Positions 1 to 11,438 are shown, counted from the first letter of the stretch. The stretch: DNA of 64,000 nt from an uncultured virus (IMG/VR IMGVR_UViG_3300049846_000869) (IMGVR_UViG_3300049846_000869); one strand, 5' to 3'. Program-made: numbers and translations. The notes: generated from the letters alone by a model not told the origin.

Positions 1-8
1 CTTATGAA

Positions 9-488
9 ATGGACCAACCCGTTGGAGATGATTATAATTTTAATGATGAATTACCTTCTGATGATGCGCCTGAATATGGTGAACCGGAAGATGACGAAGC
101 TTTGGATATAGAAGACAAATCCGAAGAAGCGAAATTAGCCAATCAAACACAAGACGAAATGGGCATGGACCTAGAACCAGAAGAAATCAGTTTAGACGGT
201 ATCGAAGGTTCATCTCAACAAAATGACGAAGACTTCCAAGGTTCTATAAGGACGGTAAGAGGGGCATGTTTGGTATACAAACGCCAGCAAGAAGACGGCA
301 CCTTTGAAGAACTTTGGATTTATAATACCGGAAGAAAATTCCAAAGAGAAGATAAAATCAAGAAAGGTATTATAGCCGGTACAGACATTGATTTGACTAA
401 ACTGCAATCCCAAGACGGTTCTCAGAAACTTAAAATTACAACTGTCGGAAATGTTCAGTTCTTGAATATTACCGGACTCCCTAACTAA
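9..488 (+). CDS. Acidic hypothetical protein, possibly a 5'-truncated virion protein
   Basis: ORF at the window edge; acidic N-terminus and globular C-terminus. Confidence 0.6.
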   Translation: MDQPVGDDYNFNDELPSDDAPEYGEPEDDEALDIEDKSEEAKLANQTQDEMGMDLEPEEISLDGIEGSSQQNDEDFQGSIRTVRGACLVYKRQQEDGTFEELWIYNTGRKFQREDKIKKGIIAGTDIDLTKLQSQDGSQKLKITTVGNVQFLNITGLPN

Positions 489-630
489 ATTTTGATTTAT
501 ATGTCAAAAAAGTCAACTTAATTTGGCTTTTTTGATTTATATGTCAAAATCTTCCACTTAAAATATCCCTATTGTCAATTTTCTAACCTTATGGTATACT
601 CTCGGTTTACTAAAAAGGGTTTATTCCATT

Positions 631-969
631 ATGAGTATAAGCAAGCAGAACATTAAACAAGCATTGGAAATGAATTTGAATTTGCAGACTAAGTACGGGG
701 CTTTAATGCAGCAATACTTAGCTAAAGCGGTTGAGTATAAACACAAGATTGATACCGCAAAGACAGATTATAAAAAGCGATTTTATACCAAGAAATTAGA
801 AAAGAATAATATGGAAGCATTAGAGGTGCTTTCCTTAATGGAATCCGTAAAATCCAAGATTGCCAAACTCAGCGACTTGGACAACAAAACTGGAGAACCG
901 GATAAACAACATTTAGTCATAGAGCCGGTCGAGAAGATAAATCCAACCGCTGTTACTGGGGCTGAATAA
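631..969 (+). CDS. Hypothetical coiled-coil protein
   Basis: Follows a sigma70-like promoter; stop overlaps the next start. Confidence 0.6.
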   Translation: MSISKQNIKQALEMNLNLQTKYGALMQQYLAKAVEYKHKIDTAKTDYKKRFYTKKLEKNNMEALEVLSLMESVKSKIAKLSDLDNKTGEPDKQHLVIEPVEKINPTAVTGAE

Positions 970-1577
970 TGTTAGTTGGTATTTCAGGTTCACAAGGTCA
1001 AGGTAAGACAACTGTATTGAATACCTTGTCTGAGTTGGGCTACAATGTAAGCCCTAGAAAAACCTCTAGAACTATTCTAAGAGATTGGGGATATACACTA
1101 GATGAAGTCAACAAATATCCACCATTAACCCAGAAATTCCAAGAAGAAGTCTTGGTTCGTCATAGAAATTCGGAATTGCCTTTAATTGAAGACAAAAGTA
1201 CCATCCATTTTGCTGAACGAACCTACGCCGATATCTTCGCCTATACTATGTTCGCTATGGGTTCGTTTAACGAATATAACAAATGGTTGTCAGATTATCA
1301 TGATAGGTGTTTAGCTTATCAACAGGATTATGATATAATCATTCACTTGGGCGGCAGAGATTATACCCCAGAACTAGACGGCGTTAGGTCTATAAACAAG
1401 CAATTTATGCTATGCGTCAATTTGGTGATAGACCATTTCTTGGAAGAATTTAACAAGAAGGCATCCAAGAGCGTACTAATTAAAATCAATACACCAGACC
1501 ATAACGAACGAATTGACAAAATTAACGAAGCGATTCGTGCCACATTTGGAGAGCAATATGTCAAACCAAGAAAATAA
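969..1577 (+). CDS. P-loop deoxynucleotide/nucleoside kinase (AAA_28-like)
   Basis: N-terminal Walker A GSQGQGKTT, ERT motif and DGVR lid. Confidence 0.75.
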   Translation: MLVGISGSQGQGKTTVLNTLSELGYNVSPRKTSRTILRDWGYTLDEVNKYPPLTQKFQEEVLVRHRNSELPLIEDKSTIHFAERTYADIFAYTMFAMGSFNEYNKWLSDYHDRCLAYQQDYDIIIHLGGRDYTPELDGVRSINKQFMLCVNLVIDHFLEEFNKKASKSVLIKINTPDHNERIDKINEAIRATFGEQYVKPRK

Positions 1578-2166
1578 AGATTCGAAGGGATACTTCGAGA
1601 AATTTCTGGCATTTGACTGCGAAACTTCGGGAATAAACTTCGAATCAACAACTCCAGATATCAATTATCAAATGGTGTCTTGCGGTCTAGTTGTATCGGA
1701 TTTGAACTTCAGACCATTGGCTGAATTGTATGTCGAAATCAAATGGAACGGTACAGCAAGATGGGATAAGGGAGCCGAGAGAATTCATAAGTTGAGTATG
1801 AAATATCTCGATGAAAATGGGCTTACCGAGGAAGAAGCTGCTGTAGAAATAGGAAGTTTCCTTCTTGAGCATTTCGGCAGCGAGACCCCTATTGTATTAT
1901 TAGGGCATAATGTAGGCAACTTTGACATATTCTTTTTAAAGAAACTTCTCAAGAAGTTCGATATTCCTGCAAAATTCTCCCACAGAACTATGGATACCTT
2001 CGGCCTTTCTATGGGAACGGTTCAATGTTATAACTCCGATGAATTGTTTGAGGTTTTAGATATTCAACAAATGAGAAATACCCATAATGCTCTGTATGAT
2101 GCCAAGTACGCACTCGAAGTTTTTAGGAAAATAAATAGGTTATGGACTACGAGAGTAATGCAATGA
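1558..2166 (+). CDS. DEDDh 3'-5' exonuclease (DnaQ-like)
   Basis: DCETSG, GHNVGNFD and HNALYDA motifs; start reassigned to ATG 1558 after GGAG. Confidence 0.85.
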   Translation: MSNQENKDSKGYFEKFLAFDCETSGINFESTTPDINYQMVSCGLVVSDLNFRPLAELYVEIKWNGTARWDKGAERIHKLSMKYLDENGLTEEEAAVEIGSFLLEHFGSETPIVLLGHNVGNFDIFFLKKLLKKFDIPAKFSHRTMDTFGLSMGTVQCYNSDELFEVLDIQQMRNTHNALYDAKYALEVFRKINRLWTTRVMQ

Positions 2167-2447
2167 ATGAATCAAAACCTAAAAACCTAATGATTGAAGA
2201 ATTGAACCAGTTAGTTAAAACTAATAGAGCGGAAATTCTTAAAATCGTACAGGATTATATTAAGAAAGAACAGGAAAGAGAAGCCAAACGCTTAGAATCA
2301 CAGTTGAAAGAACGCGATGGTAGAATTTCTACCCTAGAAAAACAAATGCGAGATTTGCAGAATAAGAACTCTCGCCTTAAAACTAAGGTCTTTAATTTAG
2401 AAAGTAGACTGGAAACAACCATAAATACCTTTGCTAGAAAAAAATAA
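2163..2447 (+). CDS. Coiled-coil hypothetical protein
   Basis: ATGA overlap with the upstream gene; heptad pattern. Confidence 0.6.
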   Translation: MNESKPKNLMIEELNQLVKTNRAEILKIVQDYIKKEQEREAKRLESQLKERDGRISTLEKQMRDLQNKNSRLKTKVFNLESRLETTINTFARKK

Positions 2448-2461
2448 CAGCAGAGGTTTTC

Positions 2462-2881
2462 ATGATTGGTGCAGCATTAAGTCTATTAGGTGGTAATCCT
2501 TTACCATTCCTGAAAGCAAATTGGAAGATTATAGGACTTATAATTATAGTTGTAAGTACACTAGGCTACATTTATTATCTACGCAACACCGTAGAAAATC
2601 AAGCATTACAAATTCAACTTAAGGATACCGAAATCGTCAGATTAAACGGCGAACTTAAGACTTCAAAAGAAAACTTCGACACTATCACCAACGCTGTAAA
2701 AGCTGCTTCCGATGAATCTAAAGCCGCATTAAAATCTATGGAAGAATTAGGCTTACAAATCAAAAAAGACAACGAAAAGAATGCTTTGAAATATAAAACA
2801 ATGTTGGAAAAACAGGCTCCTAAGACCTGTGAAGAAATCCAGCAACACTTATTAGATTATACGGAGACTTTCAAATGGTAA
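2462..2881 (+). CDS. Inner-membrane spanin (Rz-like)
   Basis: N-terminal TM helix followed by coiled coil and a C-terminal Cys; overlaps a lipoprotein gene. Confidence 0.7.
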   Translation: MIGAALSLLGGNPLPFLKANWKIIGLIIIVVSTLGYIYYLRNTVENQALQIQLKDTEIVRLNGELKTSKENFDTITNAVKAASDESKAALKSMEELGLQIKKDNEKNALKYKTMLEKQAPKTCEEIQQHLLDYTETFKW

Positions 2882-3324
2882 ATTATAAGCTCCTAGTTGT
2901 AAGTTTAATGTGCTTATCGTTGGTTGCCTGTGGCTCTAACCCAACGAAAGTTCATACTGAATATAAAAAGACCTATGTTCCGGTATACACCGTGCCTAAA
3001 CCACCTGTGGTTGAACGCCCAAAGCTTGCCATTCAGGATTTAACTCCAGAACAAAAGAAAGATGCTGGTGAGGTAACCAAGGCTCTTACTATTTCTATTG
3101 AACAATTAAAAGATTATATTACTATTCTTGAGCGTATTCTCAATAAATATAAAGAGTTGGCCGAACAGGGCGAAAAGAAGATTAACGAAGGTAACAATCC
3201 GTTAAACTTAGCAACCTCTGAAACGCCTCCTACTGCTGCCGAGATTGCTGCTATGGAAAAAATATTAGCAGACCAGAAGGAAGCATCGAAGGGCTTAGAA
3301 GAAGCCGTTAAAAAGGATAACTAA
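2875..3324 (+). CDS. Outer-membrane spanin lipoprotein (Rz1-like)
   Basis: Lipobox LVAC followed by a Pro-rich segment (VPKPPVVERP). Confidence 0.7.
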   Translation: MVNYKLLVVSLMCLSLVACGSNPTKVHTEYKKTYVPVYTVPKPPVVERPKLAIQDLTPEQKKDAGEVTKALTISIEQLKDYITILERILNKYKELAEQGEKKINEGNNPLNLATSETPPTAAEIAAMEKILADQKEASKGLEEAVKKDN

Positions 3325-3710
3325 TGTTTACGACTTTGTTTGAAGATTCAGAAATTATAGGAGAGTTGACTTTAAGTAACGACGCTCAATATTCTTTGGT
3401 CTTTGAAAAGAAGGAAGAGGCGTTTACATTACATGCTAAGAAACCTACTGATATGAAATCATTCAAAGCGTTTCTTAAGAGTTATCCAGAGTTGGCTAAG
3501 TTGATGACTACAACAGGGATGGACTCTATAGACAAGTATAGACAGAATAAGAAGTTGACTACGAGATTCGTAGCAACAAATTCCGTAGAGAAGAATTTTT
3601 ACAACAAGGTCTCTAAGGATTTGGTTAGCACCGGAAAATATAGATTGGTAAAACAGAAGAGAACTAATGGTGGATATCTTTATGAATTGGAAAGAACCTC
3701 CAAGGATTAA
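3324..3710 (+). CDS. Hypothetical protein, possible virion protein
   Basis: Coupled ORF with leader MFTTLFE. Confidence 0.55.
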   Translation: MFTTLFEDSEIIGELTLSNDAQYSLVFEKKEEAFTLHAKKPTDMKSFKAFLKSYPELAKLMTTTGMDSIDKYRQNKKLTTRFVATNSVEKNFYNKVSKDLVSTGKYRLVKQKRTNGGYLYELERTSKD

Positions 3711-3712
3711 AA

Positions 3713-4042
3713 ATGAAATTATTAAGAGAACTTTTGGAAGAAGCTGAGAAGAAGGAAAAGGAAAAGAAAGTGGTGTTCAAGGAAACTGACCCACAGGAAC
3801 CATTCCCCAATGATACGATTTCCGCTTTAGAGAAGGAAATTAGGAAAGCAGCTAAGGATTTAGATAAAGAATGGAAGAGTGCGGACGAAGTGGTTGATTT
3901 CGCTTTCACCGAACTCGAAGTACCGAAACCCCAAGCTCATTTAAAGAAGCGTTGGGTACAATATACAGATTTATTGAAAGGTGCTATTGAAGATTTATAT
4001 GACGCAAGAGGGATGAAAGGCTCTTGGTCTACAACAATTTAA
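3713..4042 (+). CDS. Putative internal head protein
   Basis: Leader MKLLRELLEE resembles protease-cleaved capsid-targeting leaders. Confidence 0.5.
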   Translation: MKLLRELLEEAEKKEKEKKVVFKETDPQEPFPNDTISALEKEIRKAAKDLDKEWKSADEVVDFAFTELEVPKPQAHLKKRWVQYTDLLKGAIEDLYDARGMKGSWSTTI

Positions 4043-4057
4043 CTAAGGTAATACAAA

Positions 4058-5371
4058 ATGGATACTAAAGATTATTTAAAAAAGATGGCCGGAATTGAAG
4101 ACGCTGCTGTACCAGTTTCTAGAGTTACAGACACCGAAGACTTAGACCGTCTTCAGGTTTTGGCTGGCCTACGCGAAAAGGATTGGGGAGTAGTGTCAGA
4201 AGCAACAAGCACCTTGAATGCTTTATCCGACGCAGAATTAATCCAATTGGCCAACAAAGAAGGCTTTGAAAAATCTGTAGTAAAAGATGCCGAAGGTGGC
4301 CTTGCAAATAGACGCAAGCTTATTGCTATTTTGTCTGATGAACTTGGTGAAGACACTATGGAAGAATCTTTGGCATATTCTTTGAATCTTTATGAAATCA
4401 TGGATGATGATTCTATCGGAGAAGTCCCAAGCTGCCCAGCTTGTGATGGTCCGGGAGTCCCATTAGGTTCATTGGGACAATTACAACATTTCCGTTGCAG
4501 AAATTGTGGGATTGATTTTAACAGCAAAGATGGAATCAAAGAAGCTTTCGATTCTAAGAAAGATAGACATAGTAGAGTATACGGTATTCACATGAAAGCT
4601 GTAGACAAGCATGTAAAAGATTTAGAAAGTGAAGGCCATGAAGTTTATGATAAGCAAACTTCCGGGGGAGATGCTCGCCCTAACGGAACCCACACAGTCC
4701 ATAAGACTGTTATAAGTTACAAAGCAAAAGACGGCTCTCGTAAGAAGAGACATATTGTTGGTTCAGGTGGATTAACCGAATCCATATTGGACGAAAATTT
4801 ACAAAAGGTAGCAGATAAGCATATGACCGCTATCGCTAAGAAGACCTTAAAAATGAATGATGTTGGAGCCAATATCATGGGTGGAATGACTAAAGAAGAA
4901 GCCCGCGCTCATTTGAAGAAGGTTGGATATTCTGATGAAAGCATCAAGAAGTTAGAAGAAAACTTCGAAGGTGTATTAGAAGAAGATAAAGTGACGGAAG
5001 CAACAGGAATCGTAGTCATGAGCAAAGTACCGACCGCATCTATAGTTGATAACCAATCTGAACTTGAAAACAGAATGGGCGTTGATGTTATGAGAGATAA
5101 CAAAATCAAAGTTCCAGAGAAAGTAAAGTCTCAGGTCAAGCAGAGAATTGCTGAACTCAAAGATGCTATAGCTCAATATGACGAAAAGGGATACAATGAT
5201 TCCAGCGTTAAGAAACAGGCTATAGAATGCTTAGAAAAGATTATGGACAATTTGGAATCTGGTGATTTGGAAGGTTTCAAGAAAGCCCAAATTTACTTCC
5301 AGACTTTAATGAGTCCGTTGACCGATTTAATGCCAGCAGCATTGGTCAATTTCTTAGCTAAAGGTCAGTAA
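4058..5371 (+). CDS. Putative multi-segment head protein with Zn ribbon
   Basis: CPAC...CRNC ribbon; many (I/L/V)xE sites separate the segments. Confidence 0.55.
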   Translation: MDTKDYLKKMAGIEDAAVPVSRVTDTEDLDRLQVLAGLREKDWGVVSEATSTLNALSDAELIQLANKEGFEKSVVKDAEGGLANRRKLIAILSDELGEDTMEESLAYSLNLYEIMDDDSIGEVPSCPACDGPGVPLGSLGQLQHFRCRNCGIDFNSKDGIKEAFDSKKDRHSRVYGIHMKAVDKHVKDLESEGHEVYDKQTSGGDARPNGTHTVHKTVISYKAKDGSRKKRHIVGSGGLTESILDENLQKVADKHMTAIAKKTLKMNDVGANIMGGMTKEEARAHLKKVGYSDESIKKLEENFEGVLEEDKVTEATGIVVMSKVPTASIVDNQSELENRMGVDVMRDNKIKVPEKVKSQVKQRIAELKDAIAQYDEKGYNDSSVKKQAIECLEKIMDNLESGDLEGFKKAQIYFQTLMSPLTDLMPAALVNFLAKGQ

Positions 5372-5550
5372 GGCTCTCGTTCGCTTTTCATCTTTTCAAA
5401 GATGAAATCCATAACTTCCCTTTCGCAAGTGCCACATCCTGTGGCAACTCCCAATTTTTCTTTCATTTTCAAAAAGGTATTGTCGCCATTATCATAGGCT
5501 TCTGATAATTGCTGCGTATCAACATCACTACATAAACACACAGTTTTCAT
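5365..5550 (-). CDS. BFD-like [2Fe-2S] ferredoxin
   Basis: VCLC...[10 protein letters not shown] signature. Confidence 0.85.
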   Translation of the reverse strand: MKTVCLCSDVDTQQLSEAYDNGDNTFLKMKEKLGVATGCGTCEREVMDFIFEKMKSEREPY

Positions 5551-5555
5551 ATTAC

Positions 5556-8500
5556 TTACGGTTTCTTTCTACGAATATTCCACGGATTCTTACTTGAAGA
5601 TGATGGAGTTATAGTAGGAGTTCTACTGTGCGTTGGAGTAGGTTTCGCTCTAGTAGGCGGGATATTCCATAATCTTCCATCACTATCCCCCGGAACTATT
5701 ATAAATCTTGCTGGCGAGCGTGTCAAGGATGGGGTTGGTGTTACGGTTCCAGTAGGTGTATTAGTTGGAGTAACTGTATTAGTCGGAGTATTAGTTGGAG
5801 TAACCGTATTCGTCGGTGTATTAGTTGGTGTTACGGTAAAGGTTGGTGTTACCGTATTCGTTGGTGTTACTGTTGGGGTAACTATAGGAGTTTCGGTCGG
5901 TGTTGTAGTTGGAGTATTAGTTGGGGTAGCTGTATTCGTCGGGGTAGTTGTATTAGTCGGGGTTATAGAACTAGTTGGCGTTACTGTCGGAGTATTAGTC
6001 GGGGTAACAGTAGCTGTGGCGGATGCTGTTGGTGTTACGGTTGGTGTTACCGTATTAGTTGGTGTTACGGTTGGTGTATTTGTCGGTGTTACCGTAGCTG
6101 TTACGGTCGGAGTTACCGTATTAGTCGGAGTTATTGTATTAGTTGGTGTAACGGTCGGTGTATTAGTTGGTGTAACTGTCGCCGTTACAGATGCCGTTGG
6201 AGTATTAGTCGGCGTTACCGTAGCTGTAGCGGATGCTGTTGGTGTATTAGTTGGTGTTACCGTGCTGGTAGGCGTAACGGTCGGAGTATTCGTCGGAGTA
6301 TTCGTTGGGGTAACTGTCGGTGTTACCGTATTCGTCGGCGTATTCGTCGGTGTTACTGATGCTGTCGGAGTATTAGTTGGGGTCTCCGTTGGCGTATTAG
6401 TTGGAGTAACAGTCGGAGTATTAGTTGGTGTCGCCGTTTGAGAAACGCCTACCGTACTGGAAGGAGTAGGAGTAATGGTATTTGTTGGAGTTACCGTACT
6501 CGTCGGTGTATTCGTCGGAGTATTCGTCGGTGTATTCGTCGGTGTAACAGTATTTGTTGGCGTATTTGTTGGAGTATTCGTCGGAGTTACTGTGGCTGTT
6601 ACGGTCGGCGTGACGGTATTCGTTGGTGTATTGGTTGGAGTAACCGTGGCCGTTGGTGTGTTTGTAGGAGTAACGGTATTCGTTGGAGTAACTGTGTTGG
6701 TCGGCGTAATCGTACTCGTCGGCGTAACGGTCGGTGTATTTGTTGGTGTTACCGTATAAGTCGGAGTAACCGTATTCGTCGGCGTAACGGTATTCGTTGG
6801 TGTATTGGTTGGAGTAACCGTGGCCGTTGGTGTGTTTGTGGGAGTAACTGTATTTGTTGGAGTAACGGTATTAGTCGGGGTGACCGTATTAGTCGGTGTA
6901 TTCGTTGGGGTATTAGTCGGAGTTACCGTATTAGTCGGAGTTACCGTATTAGTCGGAGTTACCGTATTCGTCGGTGTATTGGTTGGAGTAACCGTGGCCG
7001 TTGGTGTGTTTGTAGGAGTAACTGTATTTGTTGGAGTATTCGTCGGTGTATTCGTCGGCGTATTTGTTGGAGTAACTGTCGGAGTTACCGTATTCGTCGG
7101 GGTATTAGTTGGTGTGTTAGTTGGTGTAACGGTATTCGTCGGTGTAACAGTATTCGTCGGCGTATTTGTTGGAGTATTCGTCGGTGTATTCGTCGGTGTA
7201 ACAGTATTCGTCGGTGTATTTGTTGGTGTGATAGTTGGAGTGACGGTATTAGTTGGTGTTACCGTACTAGTTGGTGTATTAGTCGGGGTCTCTGTTGGAG
7301 TATTAGTAGGAGTTACCGTATTCGTCGGTGTATTCGTTGGTGTGTTAGTTGGTGTAACGGTATTAGTTGGTGTATTTGTTGGAGTAACTGTCGGTGTTGC
7401 CGTATTCGTCGGCGTATTCGTCGGTGTTACGGTTGGGGTAACTGTCGGTGTGACCGTATTCGTCGGGGTATTAGTTGGTGTGTTAGTTGGTGTAACGGTA
7501 TTCGTCGGTGTGTTAGTTGGCGTTACAGTAGGTGTTACTGTATTGGTCGGAGTATTCGTCGGAGTTTCCGTAGGAGTATTAGTCGGAGTTACCGTATTCG
7601 TTGGAGTATTCGTCGGTGTGTTAGTTGGTGTAACCGTATTCGTCGGTGTATTTGTCGGAGTAACTGTCGGAGTTACCGTATTCGTCGGTGTATTTGTCGG
7701 AGTAACTGTTGGTGTAACTGTCGGAGTTACCGTATTAGTCGGTGTATTCGTCGGTGTGTTAGTTGGTGTAACCGTATTCGTCGGTGTGTTAGTTGGCGTT
7801 ACAGTAGGTGTTACCGTATTCGTCGGAGTGTTAGTCGGGGTTTCCGTAGGAGTATTAGTTGGAGTTACTGTGGCTGTCGGAGTTACTGTTGGTGTATTAG
7901 TTGGAGTTACTGTATAAGTTGGGGTTACGGTATTAGTTGGAGTTACTGTATTAGTTGGAGTAACCGTTGGAGTGTTAGTCGGAGTAACGGTATAAGTTGG
8001 GGTAACCGTATTAGTAGGAGTTACCGTATTCGTCGGCGTTTCAGTTGGTGTATTAGTCGGAGTTACCGTATTAGTTGGGGTAACCGTAGGAGTATTAGTT
8101 GGGGTAACCGTATTAGTCGGGGTATTCGTCGGTGTTTCAGTTGGTGTATTAGTTGGAGTTACCGTATTAGTTGGGGTAACCGTAGGAGTATTAGTCGGAG
8201 TTACCGTATTAGTTGGGGTAACCGTAGGAGTATTAGTTGGGGTAACCGTATTAGTCGGGGTATTCGTCGGGGTTACTGTTGGGGTAGGCGATGGTGCCGC
8301 GCTGGTATCCAATTCTAAAGTTATAGAAGCAAATGAAGTATTAGCTGCCTCTTGCCATGTGATTTGGGTTCCGGTAAATCCACGGTTACGACTTATGTAA
8401 TGTAAAGCTATTCCAGATTGGTTGTTAGTATTTTGTGTAGTCCACCCAGACGATGGCCCTGACGCAGACCCAGCAGAAGCAAACCAACCAACACCCATTA

Positions 8501-10838
8501 TAGTTGGATTTTCTATTAATGCAGATGAAGAGAATGTAGTCTTTGGTACAACATCCCCCATGAAATTTATACCATTTACTGTACCCGGAGGTAAAGTGGA
8601 TGGGTCTGATTGTTTTGTGCTGAACCCGGAAGACCAAGCATATACATGGATATATGGCGTTGTTGCATTGGAAATGGCAATATAATCTCCATTTTTAGAC
8701 CAAGCTAATCCTCGACCGCCACCAGACCCACTTATTGCGGGCGATGGATTGGAAACTGGAGTACCGAAGGTTCCGTTCCACGGCCATACTTTAACTCCAG
8801 TAGCCGTGCCAGCTTCAGTTGCGGCCAAATATTGTCCATCTGGTGAGAATCTTACTTCTTGAGCTAAAGTGACTGTTGATGCTGGGTCCGCTACTTTAGA
8901 ACCAAAAGCACTTCCGGTCCAATTATATACATAAACGCTGTGAGCGCCAGCATCTCTAAAACCTACCGCAATATAATTACCATCTGGAGACCAATGTACG
9001 CTATTGGCTCCTGCTGTTGGTAATGTTGAAGGGTCGGATACTTTAGTACCAAATGCACCTCCGGAAATAGGATATACGGAAATATAAGGAGATGTATCAT
9101 GTGCTACAGCAACATAATTACCATCCGGCGACCATGCAACGCCATTTGCGTCACCCGCTGGTAAAGTTGCGGGGTCTGATAATTTAGAGCCAAAGTCTCC
9201 GTCCCACTCTCCGCTACCATTGTTCCAATTGTAAACTGTTATATAAGGAGATGTATTATGAGCTACCGCAAGATAATTGCCGTTTGGGGACCATGCAGCT
9301 TCTGTACCTAATCCAGTAGGTAAAGTTGCGGGGTCTGATAATTTAGCGCCTATGGAACCTAACCATCCCGGCGGTCTATAAACTGTTATGTATGGAGAAG
9401 AACCATGAACTACTGCTACATAGTTACCATTTGGAGAACATGCTATATGTTCTGCACTACTTGGTGGTAAATTGGTAGCATCTGTGAATTTAGACCCTGT
9501 AGGAGTTGAATACAAATCCATATATGGGGTTGTCTGAGACGAAAGCGCCAAAATATCACCAACACCATAATATGTTTGGTGTTTAACATTTTGTCTTATA
9601 GCCGACAATCCAGTTCTAGTTAAGCCGGAAACTCTTGCTACTGAAATGATTACTTTGGTGGCATCATCTCCAGTACAATTAAAAGTTACAGTCTGTGATA
9701 CTCCAGATGCTGTAGAATCTGAAATATATGCATATAAATTAGCGTTACCTCTGGCTACCTGAGATTTATCAATTTTACTGAAAGTTAACCCAGTCGAGCC
9801 GGATAAAGTCGGAGAAGTTAAATCCGTCCCGTTTGCTTCAACGAAAACTACCAATAAGTCTCCGGCTGTGGGAGTAAAAGCATCTGAAGTAAATGATGTT
9901 GCCGTTGAACTAAAATATGTAGTATTGGCATGGGTTACTGTTGCTATTGCAGCAGGAGTAGTAGATGGAGTTATAGTCGGGGTAACAGTATTCGTCGGTG
10001 TTACCGTATTCGTCGGTGTATTCGTCGGAGTTACTGTGGCTGTTACGGTCGGCGTTACCGTATTCGTCGGTGTATTAGTTGGTGTATTCGTCGGTGTATT
10101 AGTTGGGGTAACAGTTGGGGTAGGAGAAGGTGGGGTAACTTCTCTTAATCTCATAATAACAGAAGCACCAGCCGGGTTGTTTGTGGCCGAGCCTGATGCG
10201 GTCATTGTAAAAACCGGAGCGGCTGAAGATGTGCCTGAAGTTACAGCATGTTCTGAAACAACTAATGCACAGTCTTGACCGCTGGTTGTACCAGAATCTT
10301 GTCTTTCTGTTACTGCACCATAGGTAACGCCGGTAGAAGATAAGGCTTGTGCGGAATATGTATAAGCGTCGGTATTGATGCCAGAACATACGATTACAAC
10401 ATCGTTTCCGGTTATTCCGGGGTCTGCGGCACCAGTTACAGACCATGCTGTACCAGCAGTATTATCTGAACCGTTTGTTAATACATATTCCCAATCCATA
10501 GAAGCGGATTTGGTATATCTGAACATTCTACCTATTGCAGAGTTGTTACCAGTTATAGTTACAGATAAGTTTCCGGTTTCTGAACCAGTAGCAATTTTTA
10601 CATATACGCTGATGTACACGGCACCCGTGTCAATACCGTTAGTACCGTTGCTTCCTGATTGTTGGAAGTTAGTTGGTGCGGTGAATCCAGACGGAGTGGT
10701 TGGAGTATTGGTTGGATATTTGTTAGCAATAGCTAAAATTAACAAATCGCCAGCGGCTATAGATGCCGGATACGGTACCGATAATGTAGTTGTAGCGGTG
10801 TTAGCTACGGTACCTGCGGTACCAAATGCAATAGCCAT
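5556..10838 (-). CDS. Large Thr/Pro-repeat (mucin-like) virion surface protein with WD40-like beta-propeller
   Basis: Repeated (W/F)SPDGxY(L/V/I)AV blades; about 900 aa of TPTN/TVTP repeats; TAAATA upstream. Confidence 0.8.
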   Translation of the reverse strand: MAIAFGTAGTVANTATTTLSVPYPASIAAGDLLILAIANKYPTNTPTTPSGFTAPTNFQQSGSNGTNGIDTGAVYISVYVKIATGSETGNLSVTITGNNSAIGRMFRYTKSASMDWEYVLTNGSDNTAGTAWSVTGAADPGITGNDVVIVCSGINTDAYTYSAQALSSTGVTYGAVTERQDSGTTSGQDCALVVSEHAVTSGTSSAAPVFTMTASGSATNNPAGASVIMRLREVTPPSPTPTVTPTNTPTNTPTNTPTNTVTPTVTATVTPTNTPTNTVTPTNTVTPTITPSTTPAAIATVTHANTTYFSSTATSFTSDAFTPTAGDLLVVFVEANGTDLTSPTLSGSTGLTFSKIDKSQVARGNANLYAYISDSTASGVSQTVTFNCTGDDATKVIISVARVSGLTRTGLSAIRQNVKHQTYYGVGDILALSSQTTPYMDLYSTPTGSKFTDATNLPPSSAEHIACSPNGNYVAVVHGSSPYITVYRPPGWLGSIGAKLSDPATLPTGLGTEAAWSPNGNYLAVAHNTSPYITVYNWNNGSGEWDGDFGSKLSDPATLPAGDANGVAWSPDGNYVAVAHDTSPYISVYPISGGAFGTKVSDPSTLPTAGANSVHWSPDGNYIAVGFRDAGAHSVYVYNWTGSAFGSKVADPASTVTLAQEVRFSPDGQYLAATEAGTATGVKVWPWNGTFGTPVSNPSPAISGSGGGRGLAWSKNGDYIAISNATTPYIHVYAWSSGFSTKQSDPSTLPPGTVNGINFMGDVVPKTTFSSSALIENPTIMGVGWFASAGSASGPSSGWTTQNTNNQSGIALHYISRNRGFTGTQITWQEAANTSFASITLELDTSAAPSPTPTVTPTNTPTNTVTPTNTPTVTPTNTVTPTNTPTVTPTNTVTPTNTPTETPTNTPTNTVTPTNTPTVTPTNTVTPTNTPTETPTNTVTPTNTVTPTYTVTPTNTPTVTPTNTVTPTNTVTPTYTVTPTNTPTVTPTATVTPTNTPTETPTNTPTNTVTPTVTPTNTPTNTVTPTNTPTNTPTNTVTPTVTPTVTPTNTPTNTVTPTVTPTNTPTNTVTPTNTPTNTPTNTVTPTNTPTETPTNTPTNTVTPTVTPTNTPTNTVTPTNTPTNTPTNTVTPTVTPTVTPTNTPTNTATPTVTPTNTPTNTVTPTNTPTNTPTNTVTPTNTPTETPTNTPTSTVTPTNTVTPTITPTNTPTNTVTPTNTPTNTPTNTPTNTVTPTNTVTPTNTPTNTPTNTVTPTVTPTNTPTNTPTNTPTNTVTPTNTPTATVTPTNTPTNTVTPTNTVTPTNTVTPTNTPTNTPTNTVTPTNTVTPTNTVTPTNTPTATVTPTNTPTNTVTPTNTVTPTYTVTPTNTPTVTPTSTITPTNTVTPTNTVTPTNTPTATVTPTNTPTNTVTPTVTATVTPTNTPTNTPTNTVTPTNTPTNTPTNTPTSTVTPTNTITPTPSSTVGVSQTATPTNTPTVTPTNTPTETPTNTPTASVTPTNTPTNTVTPTVTPTNTPTNTPTVTPTSTVTPTNTPTASATATVTPTNTPTASVTATVTPTNTPTVTPTNTITPTNTVTPTVTATVTPTNTPTVTPTNTVTPTVTPTASATATVTPTNTPTVTPTSSITPTNTTTPTNTATPTNTPTTTPTETPIVTPTVTPTNTVTPTFTVTPTNTPTNTVTPTNTPTNTVTPTNTPTGTVTPTPSLTRSPARFIIVPGDSDGRLWNIPPTRAKPTPTHSRTPTITPSSSSKNPWNIRRKKP
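5725..8295. repeat. Degenerate coding tandem repeat (12/18-nt units encoding TPTN and TVTPTN)
   Basis: Units such as GTCGGTGTATT and GGAGTTACCGTATT with synonymous variation; a second short block lies at about 9950-10130. Confidence 0.95.
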
Positions 10839-10886
10839 TAAATTTGACCTTTATTCATAATTATAAGAAACTTTTGTACTATCTGG

Positions 10887-10906
10887 TATTTATTGAATAC
10901 TAAATA
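10887..10906. promoter_or_regulatory. Back-to-back T4-like late promoter cores (TAAATA on both strands)
   Basis: TATTTA 10887-10892 and TAAATA 10901-10906 between divergent genes. Confidence 0.6.
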
Positions 10907-10924
10907 TGTGATAAAGGTAAACAC

Positions 10925-11317
10925 ATGATTACGGAAGGCAATCCAAACGAAGTTTTATATCATTATGAATTGGGGTTTCCTAAAGAAGTTAGATTCCCGA
11001 AAGGATTCACATATAACTTAAATCTGAAATATGGCGCTCATGCCAGAAAAGAAGCTTTACAGGATAGATATGCCGATTTATCTAAAGGCTTACCGACCAG
11101 CATTGATATAAGAAAGGGAAAAATAATAGAAATAGGGGTGGTAGGGAATACCATTACCAAAGTAGTCATTCGTTTTTCTTACAATGAAAAAATTGATATT
11201 ATTATTGTATTCAGTACCCACGATGGATTCGTAAGGACTGTCTGGGCAAATGAGAAAAATGACCATCATAAAACATTGGATGCAACAAAATATTCCAAAC
11301 CAATAAACAGGGCTTGA
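10925..11317 (+). CDS. Hypothetical phage protein (YxxHA...RTVWxN...H)
   Basis: Clean ORF behind a late-type promoter. Confidence 0.65.
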   Translation: MITEGNPNEVLYHYELGFPKEVRFPKGFTYNLNLKYGAHARKEALQDRYADLSKGLPTSIDIRKGKIIEIGVVGNTITKVVIRFSYNEKIDIIIVFSTHDGFVRTVWANEKNDHHKTLDATKYSKPINRA

Positions 11318-11438
11318 CTTTTGGTATAAATAGTAGTAAGATGCTAACAATGAACTAATAAACTTGCGGAGCGCAAGATGTTCAAAGAAAGTATCGAAGT
11401 TTAAACAATTCGAAGAAAGACACATAGGAGATATGGTC

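Noticed and set aside
5725..8295. Repeat array as CRISPR or a diversity-generating element
   Set aside because: No constant repeat with unique spacers; variation is mostly synonymous within a coding frame; no cas or reverse transcriptase gene.
6016..8318. Long plus-strand ORFs (VGVT repeats; Arg/Cys-rich 626 aa)
   Set aside because: Antisense shadows of the Thr/Pro repeat gene; open only because the repeat lacks stop codons.
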